Of a stretch of DNA of 64,000 bases, positions 43,219-52,263 are shown in pieces. Under the pieces are notes generated by a model, which was given only the letters and a program-made list of their open reading frames with translations, had not been told where the DNA came from and searched no databases. The position numbers and the translations under genes were made by a program. Position 1 is the first letter of the stretch. Each line of letters starts with the position of its first letter. The DNA is from an uncultured Polyangiaceae bacterium (GTDB taxonomy: Bacteria; Myxococcota_A; Polyangia; Polyangiales; Polyangiaceae): positions 20,294 to 84,293 of the forward strand of contig CAZKDY010000023.1 in the NCBI GenBank assembly GCA_964551615.1, in the 5' to 3' direction.

Positions 43219-45747
43219 ATGCATGATAATCCACTAGCGCGACTGCACCGCTGGCTCGCGGCGATCCAAGTCAAACGCCCCTGGCTGGTGCTGTTTTGCG
43301 CCCTAATCAGCCTCATCCCCGCGGGGGCGCTGGCGAGCAAGCTGACCCTCAGGTCGAGCTTCAAAGAGCTGTTGCCGGACCACAAACCGAGTGTGGTCGA
43401 AATGCGACGCGTGAACGAGAAGCTCGCCGGGGCCTCCACGCTGACCGTCGTCATCACGGGCTCCAACGCAGAATCCCTCAAGCGCTTGATCGACGCGCTG
43501 TCACCCCGGCTCCGCGAGCTGCCCCCAGAGTTTGTGGTCGCGGTAGATGACGGCACCCGCGCGGTGCGCGCCTACTTCGAGAAGAACAAGCACCTGTACG
43601 CCGATCTGGAGGACATCCAGAAGCTGCATGACGACGTCGAGGAGCGCTACGACTACGAGGTCCAGAAGGCGGCCGGCACCGCCCTCGATTTGGACGACGA
43701 CGCGCCCCCCGATCTGAGCGCCGAGACGCTCAAGAAGCGCTTCGAACACAAGGTCAAGCAGGCGGAGAAGAAGACGCCGGGCACTGACGGCTACTACATC
43801 GGCGAGCAGGGCAAGCTCGGGGCGATTTTGGTGCGGACGCCGCTCAGCAGCGGCAGTCAGAGCGCGTTCGAACTCCGGCGCCGCATTGAGAGCTTGGTCG
43901 CAGAGATCAACCCGCAGCGCTGGGACCCTGGGCTCGAGGTCAACTTCGCCGGCAACCTGATCACCAGCTCTGAAGAGCAAAAGGCTATCACCGACGATCT
44001 GATCAGCGTCGGCGGCTGGGGCGTGGGCTTGATCTTGGGCGTGGTGTTCCTCTTCTTCTTGCGTTTCCGCACGCTACTGGCCACGGGGGTGACCATCGCG
44101 GTGGGCTGCTTGTGGTCCTTCGCGTTCGCCTACCTGACCGTCGGTTACCTGAACATCGCGACCGGCTTCTTGGGCAGCATCATCGCAGGCAACGGCATCA
44201 ACTTCGGCATCATCTACATGGCGCGCTATATCGAGGCGCGCCGCGACGAAGACCGCGCCGTCGAGGACGCCGTGCTGGTCGCGCACCTGGAGACGTATCG
44301 CGCGACCCTGGCCGCGTCCCTCGCGGCCGGCATCGCCTACGGTTCGCTGGCTATCACTGACTTCAGAGGGTTCAAGCACTTCGGCATCATCGCCGGCCTG
44401 GGCATGGCCCTGTGTTGGACTGCCACGTACTCTCTGTTGCCGGCGATCTTGGTGCTGAGTGAGCGGGCCAGACCGATGTACGGCGCTGGCAACGCGAGCT
44501 GGCGGGACAAGCTGCGCGGCGTGTATGGCTACCCGTTCGCGTGGTTAGTACGGAAATTTCCGCGCGGTCTTACCGTCGTCGGCAGCGCGCTGGGCGTGCT
44601 GTCAATGTTGCTCACCGTGCGTTACTTCGCGGACGACCCGATGGAGTACAACCTGAGCAACGTCCGCAACGAACGCATCCACCCCTCTTCCGCAGGGTTG
44701 CTCTCGGTGCGGGTCGACAAAATCGTCGGCAGGTTGGGTCAAGATGGCAAGGCCATCGTGACCGACCGCTTGGATCAAGTGCAGCCGCTGGTGGCGGAGC
44801 TGAACCGGCGCAAGGCCGCGGCGCCAGACGACGCCAAGCCGTTCGAGAAGGTGGTGAGCATCTTCGACGTGCTGCCGACGCAGCAGGCGACCAAGATCAA
44901 GCTGCTCAAAGAAACACAAGATCTGCTAAAGCGCGCGAGAAAGCGCGATTTTATCTCGGATAAAGACTGGAAGGAAATCGAAGCCAACATCCCGCCACAG
45001 CTGAAAGAACTGGGCATCGCTGACCTACCAGAGTTGGTGGCGCGGCCGTTCACCGAGCGAGACGGCAGCCGCGGCCGCGTCGTCTACATCGTCCCCAAAG
45101 AGGGGCGCTCAGTGTACGACGCGCACTACCTCATGCTCTGGGCTGACAGTTACCGTGAGGTAACGCTACCGAACGGCGACGTGATCCACGGCTCAGGTGA
45201 CTCGGTGATCTTCGCCGACATGCTGATCGCGATCGGCGAAGACGCCCCGCTGGCGGTGCTGCTCAGCCTGGTCGGGACGATCATCGTGATCTTGGTCGCG
45301 TTCCGCGGCCGAGCAGCGGGCTGGATCGCGCTGCTGACCCTGGTGTGCGGCGTGGCCTATCAAATCGGGGTGCTGGACGCCCTGAGCATCAAGCTCAACT
45401 TCTTGAGCTTCGTCGCCGTCCCCATCGGCATCGGCGTCGGCGCAGATTACTGCATCAACATGATGAAGCGCCGCGAGTTGACTGGCGACGCTGATTTGGA
45501 GCGGCTGCTGGTGGAGACGGGCGGCGCCGTCGTGCTGTGCTCCCTGACCACGACCCTTGGTTACTTGGTGCTGATGACCAGCATCAACCGCGCCGTGCAG
45601 AGCTTTGGGCTCGCCGCGGCGATCGGTGAGATCACCACGATCTTGGCGGCTGTCCTGGTGCTACCAGCCGCGCTGCGCTGGCGGGCCAACGTCCGCGCCG
45701 CCAAGCAACTCGCGGCCAAGAGCGGCCGCGCCGCCGCCCCCACGTAA
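43219..45747 (+). CDS. MMPL/RND-superfamily transporter
   Basis: 842 aa with two blocks of about 5-6 TM helices, each preceded by a large soluble loop. The N-terminus 'RPWLVLFCALISLIPAGALASKLTLRSSFKELLP' is typical of MMPL/HpnN-like exporters. Confidence 0.65.
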   Translation: MHDNPLARLHRWLAAIQVKRPWLVLFCALISLIPAGALASKLTLRSSFKELLPDHKPSVVEMRRVNEKLAGASTLTVVITGSNAESLKRLIDALSPRLRELPPEFVVAVDDGTRAVRAYFEKNKHLYADLEDIQKLHDDVEERYDYEVQKAAGTALDLDDDAPPDLSAETLKKRFEHKVKQAEKKTPGTDGYYIGEQGKLGAILVRTPLSSGSQSAFELRRRIESLVAEINPQRWDPGLEVNFAGNLITSSEEQKAITDDLISVGGWGVGLILGVVFLFFLRFRTLLATGVTIAVGCLWSFAFAYLTVGYLNIATGFLGSIIAGNGINFGIIYMARYIEARRDEDRAVEDAVLVAHLETYRATLAASLAAGIAYGSLAITDFRGFKHFGIIAGLGMALCWTATYSLLPAILVLSERARPMYGAGNASWRDKLRGVYGYPFAWLVRKFPRGLTVVGSALGVLSMLLTVRYFADDPMEYNLSNVRNERIHPSSAGLLSVRVDKIVGRLGQDGKAIVTDRLDQVQPLVAELNRRKAAAPDDAKPFEKVVSIFDVLPTQQATKIKLLKETQDLLKRARKRDFISDKDWKEIEANIPPQLKELGIADLPELVARPFTERDGSRGRVVYIVPKEGRSVYDAHYLMLWADSYREVTLPNGDVIHGSGDSVIFADMLIAIGEDAPLAVLLSLVGTIIVILVAFRGRAAGWIALLTLVCGVAYQIGVLDALSIKLNFLSFVAVPIGIGVGADYCINMMKRRELTGDADLERLLVETGGAVVLCSLTTTLGYLVLMTSINRAVQSFGLAAAIGEITTILAAVLVLPAALRWRANVRAAKQLAAKSGRAAAPT

Positions 45748-45836
45748 CCGCCGACGAGCCGCCCGCGAGCGTCGCGCGGCGCGGCCTGGATGGGTCCTGC
45801 TTTCATTCAGCGACGAAACCTGAGACCGTCCCGGTC

Positions 45837-47441
45837 GTGATCGATTCGCTTCCCCCGCGGAGCCTGGCGCCTTCCAAGCCCGATACGGACGCCTATGACG
45901 ATCTCCTCACGCGCACTCGGGGGCTCCAGCGTGAGCAGCGCGCGCAGCGGGACTTCTGGTTCTCGAGCCTGCCGCTGGAAGCCAAGGACGACATCCTGTT
46001 TGAGCTGGAGATCGTGCTCAAGAGCGCGGCGTGCTTCGCCAACCCGCGCAATCACCCGGGTCCTCCACGCCGCGCGCCGGTCGTAGCTCAGGACTTTCGT
46101 CAGCACATGCTGCTGTTCCGCGATGGACTGCAGCGCTCAGTGGATCTGCAGCGTCAGCTGCTCGGCGCGCGCGACCGCACGCTGGTCTTTCAGCGCTACC
46201 TCGAGACGGTGATCCCCGAGGATTCAATGCGCACGCGCCTCGTACACAACGCCGAGTCACAGACCACCCCCGAAGAGAGCCTGGTGGCGCTGCGCACATC
46301 GTTGACCGGGACGCTCGAGATCATCGAAGGCATCCTGCGCGCGCCGCGGGTGCCATTTCGGCTGTTCTACTCCGTGATGACTGGGGTGCAGCGTGACGTG
46401 GGACGCAACGTGTTCTTCAACCCCTTGACGGCGCTGGAGTTCCGCCCGGAGTTCGATCGCATCAAGAGCCGGCAAGTCCTAGACCTGATCCGCAGCGTCC
46501 CCGGCGAAGAGGCGCATCGCCTGGTAGCGCTGACCTTCTTGAGTCTGTTCCGCATGCTGCGCTACCTGCGCCTGCTGGAGCGCACGCTGGTCACCGCGCC
46601 AAGACGCCGGGGTTACGCCGGTCGCACGCACTTGGTGCTCAGCGTGTTGCGCAGCGACGCGCGGGCGCTCTCCGACTACTTGCGTCGCCGCTCGGGTGCG
46701 CTGCTGGCCGAGAGCTTCGAGCGCGATCTGTTCCGTGTGCGCGCCAGCGAGCTGCAGCGACGTTCGGACTCGCTGCGCGCGGCGGGTCACCGGCTGCTTG
46801 GGATAAAGAGCGCGCTCGAGGGCATCTCTGGCAATATCCGGTTGGAAATGCGGCGGGCGTTTCAGCATGATTTGCCGCCGCCCGACGCGATGGTCAGCGA
46901 CGCTGAGCTGCGCGACGCGGTCAACGCGAGCATCGGCAACCTGCGACCAGCCATCCGCGGAGCCATCTTATTCTTAGGCAAAGCGCTCGGCGTGAGTCTG
47001 GAGGGCGACGGCGTGTTCGATGACGGTGCCGCGCAACGCGAGACCAGCGAGCGCCTGCGCCGAGACATCTGGATGTTCGCCCAAATCGTGCGCGCGTTCT
47101 CGTCCAAGGCGCAGCACTCACCCACCGAAGACCGCTGGGCGCAGGTCTACAATTTTCAGTTCGTGCGCGAGTTCTTGTCTTACTTCCGCGCCATGGGCTA
47201 CTCGCTGCTGCGCGCGAGCGACTACCCACGCTTCGATGCGTTCATGCAGGCCATGGGCCGCTTAGAAGACACCGATCTCGTGGACCCCACCCGACTTGAA
47301 GCAGCCATCGACGAGTGCATGGCCTTCCACGGCTTCCTGCTCAAGCTGTTCGACGACATCTCCAAGCGAGACGTGCTCGCTGGGGTCGCCTTCGACCGCC
47401 GTGCAGCTGCGTCATCGCTGAAGCTGTACCTCGGCGACTAA
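45837..47441 (+). CDS. Hypothetical all-helical cytoplasmic protein
   Basis: 534-aa ORF with high GC3 and no TM segment or recognisable motif, 89 nt downstream of the MMPL gene. Confidence 0.6.
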   Translation: MIDSLPPRSLAPSKPDTDAYDDLLTRTRGLQREQRAQRDFWFSSLPLEAKDDILFELEIVLKSAACFANPRNHPGPPRRAPVVAQDFRQHMLLFRDGLQRSVDLQRQLLGARDRTLVFQRYLETVIPEDSMRTRLVHNAESQTTPEESLVALRTSLTGTLEIIEGILRAPRVPFRLFYSVMTGVQRDVGRNVFFNPLTALEFRPEFDRIKSRQVLDLIRSVPGEEAHRLVALTFLSLFRMLRYLRLLERTLVTAPRRRGYAGRTHLVLSVLRSDARALSDYLRRRSGALLAESFERDLFRVRASELQRRSDSLRAAGHRLLGIKSALEGISGNIRLEMRRAFQHDLPPPDAMVSDAELRDAVNASIGNLRPAIRGAILFLGKALGVSLEGDGVFDDGAAQRETSERLRRDIWMFAQIVRAFSSKAQHSPTEDRWAQVYNFQFVREFLSYFRAMGYSLLRASDYPRFDAFMQAMGRLEDTDLVDPTRLEAAIDECMAFHGFLLKLFDDISKRDVLAGVAFDRRAAASSLKLYLGD

Positions 47442-48022
47442 GCGCCAGGCACCGCCCGGCTCTCCGAGAGGACACGGTAGTAACAAAAGCCAAAGAACCG
47501 GTAATCGATACACAACCACGGTTCACGCGGCAGCACGTGCCGCGCGGCAGTCACCTGGTGTGTAGTGTTACCGGCTCTCCGCTGAAGCCGCCCACGCTCA
47601 CCACGTAGACCTAGCCTAGGCTTGGACGTGGAGATGAGCTCATCAGCCTTTGGCTGGTGCGACGCACATCACGCGAGTGAGCCAGGGTGCTTGCAAAGCC
47701 GAAACGACTGCCACGCGTCGCCGCGTGAAAGCGTGAGCCCGAAACACTGGCGCCCCTCACGGCACGAGTCCGACGCGCCTTGCTGCCCGCCGTCACGCGA
47801 CTCGCACGTGATGAACCCCCAACCAAACCCCTCGCTACCTGCACTACCCAACCCCTGCGACGGGGACCGCCGGTACAGGTCGTTGCGTACGCAGGCCCGA
47901 TGGCGATATCGCCACCGGGTACCCGCGCACGCCCCAACACGCTCCGCGTCCTAGTGTGGTGGGTCCATTGCCGACCGGGCCTTGCGACCCGAGCCGGCGT
48001 CCGCCCTCCTCATGATCTGAGC

Positions 48023-48061
48023 CCCAGTCTGATCGCGCCGCGAAGGCGGGGACAGACTGGG
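48023..48061. other. Stable extended stem-loop in ORF-poor region
   Basis: CCCAGTCTG (48023-48031) pairs perfectly with CAGACTGGG (48053-48061). An inner CCGC-GAAG-GCGG hairpin lies at 48038-48049. Confidence 0.6.
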
Positions 48062-48173
48062 AGTTGAGTTCGGAGGACCAACCATCCCCTCTGCTCTTCT
48101 TCGGTGGAGAATCGATCGACTCCCCACACTAGAACGCGAACAGAGGCCAGCCACTGGGTTGGCTGCAGTCAAC

Positions 48174-48476
48174 TCAAGCCGGCTTGGCAGCCTTGCGCTT
48201 AGCGGCTTTGCGCTTGGGCGCCTTCTTGGCGACCTTCTTGGCTGCCTTCTTCGCGGGCGCCTTCTTGGCGACCTTCTTGGCTGCCTTCTTCGCGGGCGCC
48301 TTCTTGGCGACCTTCTTGGCTGCCTTCTTCGCTACCTTTTTGGCTGCCTTCTTGGCAGGCGCCTTTTTGGCTGCCTTCTTCGCGACGCGCTTCTTAGCGG
48401 TGCGCTTCTTAGCAACCTTGGGGGCTGCTGCGGGGGAGCTGGTCTTTGCCTTGGTCTTGGTCTTTTTTGCGGCCAT
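48174..48476 (-). CDS. Histone H1-like Lys/Ala-rich nucleoid-associated protein
   Basis: ATG 48476 sits 6 nt after GGAGG. The 100-aa product is 'MAAKKTKTKAKT...' composed of AKKAAKKVAKKAP repeats. Confidence 0.8.
   Translation of the reverse strand: MAAKKTKTKAKTSSPAAAPKVAKKRTAKKRVAKKAAKKAPAKKAAKKVAKKAAKKVAKKAPAKKAAKKVAKKAPAKKAAKKVAKKAPKRKAAKRKAAKPA
48216..48332. repeat. 39-nt perfect tandem repeat x3 inside the histone-like gene
   Basis: 'gggcgccttcttggcgaccttcttggctgccttcttcgc' occurs at 48216, 48255 and 48294. Each copy encodes the 13 aa 'AKKAAKKVAKKAP'. Confidence 0.9.
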
Positions 48477-48544
48477 GTCTGTGCCTCCTACGAACGTTCT
48501 CAAGAGCAGCACCGAATGAACTGATCCCGAGGTATGTTGCACGA

Positions 48545-48574
48545 CGTATATTGCCACCTATTGTGATGTGTCAA
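48545..48574 (-). promoter_or_regulatory. Sigma-70-like promoter for the histone-like gene
   Basis: Minus strand: TTGACA (48574-48569), 18-nt spacer, TATACG (48550-48545). This lies about 70 nt upstream of the ATG. Confidence 0.5.
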
Positions 48575-48640
48575 CGAAAAACTTTCACGAAGGGTTGCAA
48601 CCACCCATGAAACGTGGGGTGGTGACCCCGCAAAGACTGC

Positions 48641-48692
48641 GGACCAGCCACCTGTTCAGACGGCTCTGCTGGACCCCGTAGCACCTGTTCAG
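48641..48692. repeat. Copies 2 and 3 of the CACCTGTTCAG-containing motif, 30 nt apart
   Basis: 'ggaccagccacctgttcag' at 48641-48659 and 'ggaccccgtagcacctgttcag' at 48671-48692, in the divergent intergenic region between the histone-like and OmpA-like genes. Confidence 0.5.
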
Positions 48693-48806
48693 CGTCGCGC
48701 GGGTGGCGTCCCGCGAACGTCAAAAAACCCTATCAACACGCTGGCTTGACGCGGCGCAGCTGGTGGCGCTAAGGCCATCGACCCACCCCCTGGAGATCGC
48801 CCCTGC

Positions 48807-49637
48807 ATGTCTTTCATTGTCTCGAAATCTCGCCCTCGCGGACTGCTGATTCTATCCCTGCTGAGCGCCGGATTTTTTTCTTCGGCGTGCGGCTACAGCC
48901 AGGACGAGTGGGACCAAAAAGTGCGCGAGCTGGAGGCTGCGCGCAATCAACTCGCCGCGCAGCGCACCGCCAACAAGAAGTGCGAGCAAGATCACTCGGA
49001 CGCCGTCGCTGAAGTCGATCAACTGAAGAAGCAACTGCGCGAGCGCGGGGTGAACTTGGACAACCTCAGCGCGTCGCTGAAAGAGAACATGAAGGCGCTG
49101 GAGGAGTACAAGCGGCGCGCCGAGCAGCTGGATCAAATCCGCCAGCGCTTCGAGAACTTGCGCACGCGACTCAAGAAGCTCACCGACCTTGGGCTCAAGG
49201 TCGAAGTTCGCGACAACCGCATGTTGATCCAGCTGCCAGGCGACGTCCTCTTCGACTCTGGCAAGGACTCACTCAAGCCGGACGGCATCAAGATCTTGGA
49301 GCAGGTCGCTGAGGTCGTGAAGAACGACCCTGACCTCTCCAAGCGTGAGTTTCAGGTCGCAGGTCACACCGACTCGGCGCCGCTCAGGGGCGGCTTCTTC
49401 AAGGACAACTGGGGCCTGAGCGCGATGCGTGCGCGCTCGGTGCTCGTGTACCTCACGTCGGCTGAGCCTAAGGGCGGCGGGTTGACGCCAAGTCACTGGA
49501 GCGCGGCGGGCTACGCCGACACCGATCCTGTCGCCAGCAACGACACCGAAGAGGGCCGCGGAAAGAACCGCCGCGTTGAGTTGGTTGTCCTGCCCGACGT
49601 CGAAGAGATGCTCAACCTGAACAGCCTGGCCAACTGA
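48807..49637 (+). CDS. OmpA/MotB-family peptidoglycan-binding lipoprotein with coiled-coil N-domain
   Basis: Lipobox 'GFFSSAC'. Coiled coil 'ELEAARNQLAAQR...QLKKQLRERG'. OmpA-C motifs 'VAGHTDSAP', 'NWGLSAMRARSV', 'GRGKNRRVELVV'. Confidence 0.85.
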   Translation: MSFIVSKSRPRGLLILSLLSAGFFSSACGYSQDEWDQKVRELEAARNQLAAQRTANKKCEQDHSDAVAEVDQLKKQLRERGVNLDNLSASLKENMKALEEYKRRAEQLDQIRQRFENLRTRLKKLTDLGLKVEVRDNRMLIQLPGDVLFDSGKDSLKPDGIKILEQVAEVVKNDPDLSKREFQVAGHTDSAPLRGGFFKDNWGLSAMRARSVLVYLTSAEPKGGGLTPSHWSAAGYADTDPVASNDTEEGRGKNRRVELVVLPDVEEMLNLNSLAN

Positions 49638-49654
49638 GCGTAGAGGTCCACGCC

Positions 49655-50596
49655 TTGAGCTCAGCTGAATCACCACGGCGCGCAGCAGCCATCGATATTG
49701 GCACCAACTCAGTGCTGCTGGCGATCGCCGATCGCCTTGATAATCAGCTGGTTCCTCACGTCGAGCGCGCGACCATCACGCGCTTGGGCCAGGGCGTAGA
49801 TGGCACCCGTCGGCTGGCGCCAGAGGCGATTGAGCGCACGTTGCTGTGCCTCACGGAATACGCTCGCGAGCTCCAGGCGGCGGGCTCGCCGGCGCTGCGC
49901 GTCGTGGGCACCAGCGCGATGCGTGACGCCGCAGGCGGCGCGGAGTTCGTGACCCGCGCCACGAAGATCCTCGGGGTAGCACCCGAGGTTATCTCTGGGC
50001 GCGAAGAGGCAGAGCTCACCTACACCGGCGCGCTGAGTGGGCTGGGCAGCGCCCGAGGTCAGCCACCTGGCGACGTCGTGGTGTTCGACATTGGTGGTGG
50101 CAGCACCGAGGTGATCATCGCCGGCAGCGACACCCAAAAGTATTGCGTGAGCCTAGACATCGGCGCCGTGCGCCTGACAGAGCGCCACGTTAAGAGCGAC
50201 CCGCCCGCCGCCTCCGATCTCGATCGCCTCCGTACGGATATACAAGCGGCGCTGGGCGCGCTCCCCGCGGCGCCACCGGGCTCCCGCCTGGTCGGCGTGG
50301 CAGGGACCCTGACCACGCTGTGCGCGGTTAGCCTTGACCTCGTGCCTTACGACGCGGCGCGCGTACACGGAGCCGAGCTTAGCCTTTCGCAGCTGCAGGA
50401 CGTGGCGTCGAGGTTGAGCCAGCTGTCCGTAGAGCAGCGTCGGCAGATCCGAAGTATTGAGCCCAAGCGCGCGGACGTGATCGTGGCCGGCGCCGTGATC
50501 GCGTGTGAGGTGATGGCGTGGAGTAACGCCGAGCGGCTCACGATCTCAGATCGCGGCGTTCGGTGGGGAATTTTGGAGCGTCTCCTCAGCCGCTAG
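49655..50596 (+). CDS. Ppx/GppA-family phosphatase
   Basis: 'AAIDIGTNSVLLAIAD', 'VVGTSAMRDA', 'VFDIGGGSTEV', 'GVAGTLTT' (ASKHA-fold Ppx/GppA N-domains); 313 aa with a TTG start. Confidence 0.8.
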   Translation: MSSAESPRRAAAIDIGTNSVLLAIADRLDNQLVPHVERATITRLGQGVDGTRRLAPEAIERTLLCLTEYARELQAAGSPALRVVGTSAMRDAAGGAEFVTRATKILGVAPEVISGREEAELTYTGALSGLGSARGQPPGDVVVFDIGGGSTEVIIAGSDTQKYCVSLDIGAVRLTERHVKSDPPAASDLDRLRTDIQAALGALPAAPPGSRLVGVAGTLTTLCAVSLDLVPYDAARVHGAELSLSQLQDVASRLSQLSVEQRRQIRSIEPKRADVIVAGAVIACEVMAWSNAERLTISDRGVRWGILERLLSR

Positions 50597-51004
50597 GTTG
50601 TTTCCGTGCCGATCTGACATTCTGTTTCCTCAGGAGAACAACTGAGCACAGCGGGGGGCACAGCCACAGGGCCGCGGCAGACCGGCCGCGCGCAGACCAG
50701 CCGCGTGCAGAGCCGGGGCGCCCTCAGCAGCTGTGCCGCACCCACCCGAGCGGCGCGCTCCTCACGCAGCTCGGCCGCGCGCAGCCCCAAGCCAGGTGGC
50801 AAACTCCACGGGCGCGAACAGGTGCGATGTAGTAAGCTTCACTCCCACTCGGAAACGACCGCCTACTCGCCGGGCGCGGCGCTCAGGCCACCGGTAGCGC
50901 AGGCGGAGGACGCGCGGCGGTTTCGCTGTGCCCAGATCAACTGTTGGATGATCGCCTAATTTTGGCGGGTTTCTGTGACTCAGGCTCACCTCCGCTACAA
51001 AATC

Positions 51005-51033
51005 TTGACGACTTGGTCGTGGCTGACTAGAGT
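51005..51033 (+). promoter_or_regulatory. Sigma-70-like promoter candidate inside the ORF-poor region upstream of cdnL
   Basis: TTGACG (51005-51010), 17-nt spacer, TAGAGT (51028-51033). The nearest downstream + strand CDS starts 590 nt away. Confidence 0.3.
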
Positions 51034-51622
51034 GGCGCGCCTGGCGGTCCTCTACTCTGCGCACAGTAGGTTGCAGAAGTATGGCCTCCAGAAGACCACA
51101 CTGCAGCAGCTTCGGGCTGCTGTGAAGCGCGGTCGAGAGCCCGTCGCCTATCGGAGGCAGCTCTGTTGTCTGTTCCCGCCCGCGCGGGTGGGAATTGAAA
51201 GGATTGAGCGCCACCGTCAGCAAGCTTCAAGGGAGTCCGCAGGGCGCGAACGAAGCGGTCGCAAGCCAGAACACCGCCGGATTAACTCGCTTCTTATGCT
51301 TTACAGAGACCTCGTCCGAGCGCGAGAGGTCAGCGAGCGCCCCGTTACCTTGAGGTCTGGGGCGCAATTGGTTTTATCCGCCCGAAACGCCGCTTGGCCG
51401 AGCCCCGGCTCGCTTTACGCGCTCAGCGCGCGCTAGCTCTTAACGCCGTCTAGGCTGACAATCACACAGCTTGAGCGCTGCTTTTTGACATACGGGAATA
51501 GATCCCTAGCCCAGCAGTTGAGCGCTCACGCGCATCAGCCGCGGGCAGTTGGTACGAAACACACATTGGCCGGGTTGTCAGCCGAACAAGCGACGACCCC
51601 TGGCCCCACGATTGGAGACGAC

Positions 51623-52129
51623 ATGCAGGCAAGCCCCGAAGTTGAGTTCAAGGTCGGTGACAAAGCCGTCTATCCCGCTCAGGGAGTGGCTGAGGTTATC
51701 AGCATCGACGAGAAGGACATCGCAGGGCAGCGGCAACGCTTCTACGTGCTTCGCATCCTCGATACTGACCGCAAGATCATGGTCCCCGTGTCCAACGCAG
51801 ACGCGGTCGGCCTCCGGCAGGTAATCAGCGAGACAGAGATCCGCGAGATCTTCGACATCCTCAAAGAGCGGACCATCGGGTTCGACACTCAGACCTGGAA
51901 CCGCCGTTATCGCGGCTTCATGGACAAGATCAAGACCGGCTCCATCTACGACGTGGCTGAGGTGCTGCGCGATTTGTACCGCCTCAAGGCCAACAAGCAG
52001 CTCTCGTTTGGCGAGCGGCGCATGCTGGACACGGCGCGCTCGCTGATCGTGAAAGAGATCGCGATCGCGCGGAAGCAGACCGAAGAAGACGTCAGGACCG
52101 AGATCGAAGCCATCTTCTTCGCCAATTGA
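51623..52129 (+). CDS. cdnL: CarD/CdnL-family RNA-polymerase-binding transcription factor
   Basis: ATG 51623 is preceded by GGAGA. 'FKVGDKAVYPAQGVAEVISIDEKDIAGQRQRFYVLRI...KIMVPVSNADAVGLR' is a CarD_TRCF RNAP-interacting domain, followed by a helical C-domain. 168 aa. Confidence 0.9.
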   Translation: MQASPEVEFKVGDKAVYPAQGVAEVISIDEKDIAGQRQRFYVLRILDTDRKIMVPVSNADAVGLRQVISETEIREIFDILKERTIGFDTQTWNRRYRGFMDKIKTGSIYDVAEVLRDLYRLKANKQLSFGERRMLDTARSLIVKEIAIARKQTEEDVRTEIEAIFFAN

Positions 52130-52263
52130 GCCGCGAGAGCCTGAGCGCCGCAGCAGCCCCGCTGCGCTGGCGCTCAGCGCGAACCTCAGGGGCTGCATAG
52201 CGCTGGCGCAGGCTTGGGTAGCACTCCGTCCCAGGCAGCCAGAGTCAGGCTAGCGCGCCCTAT

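Noticed and set aside
47456-47581. 11-nt direct repeat CCGGCTCTCCG (47456-47466 and 47571-47581) flanking a lower-GC 104-nt segment, considered as a MITE with a target-site duplication
   Set aside because: I found no terminal inverted repeats inside the repeats. An 11-mer recurring within a ~700-nt GC-rich interval is not clearly beyond chance.
50797-50830. 'ggtggcaaactccacgggcgcgaacaggtg', checked against the c-di-GMP-I (GEMM) riboswitch core because of GGCAAAC
   Set aside because: It lacks the GAAA tetraloop/receptor arrangement and the ACGCAAAGCC segment, so the resemblance is only a 7-mer.
51266-51285. 'ccagaacaccgccggattaa', loosely resembling the RNase P RNA CR-V (ACAGAACCCGGCUUA); a wider by-eye search of the ORF-poor regions for RNase P, tmRNA, SRP RNA and tRNAs
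   Set aside because: No GGAAAGUCC (CR-I) element, tRNA-like T-arm (GGTTCGAATCC-type), tmRNA tag frame or SRP GGAA/AGCA motif was found on either strand. The resemblance is too weak and contains insertions.
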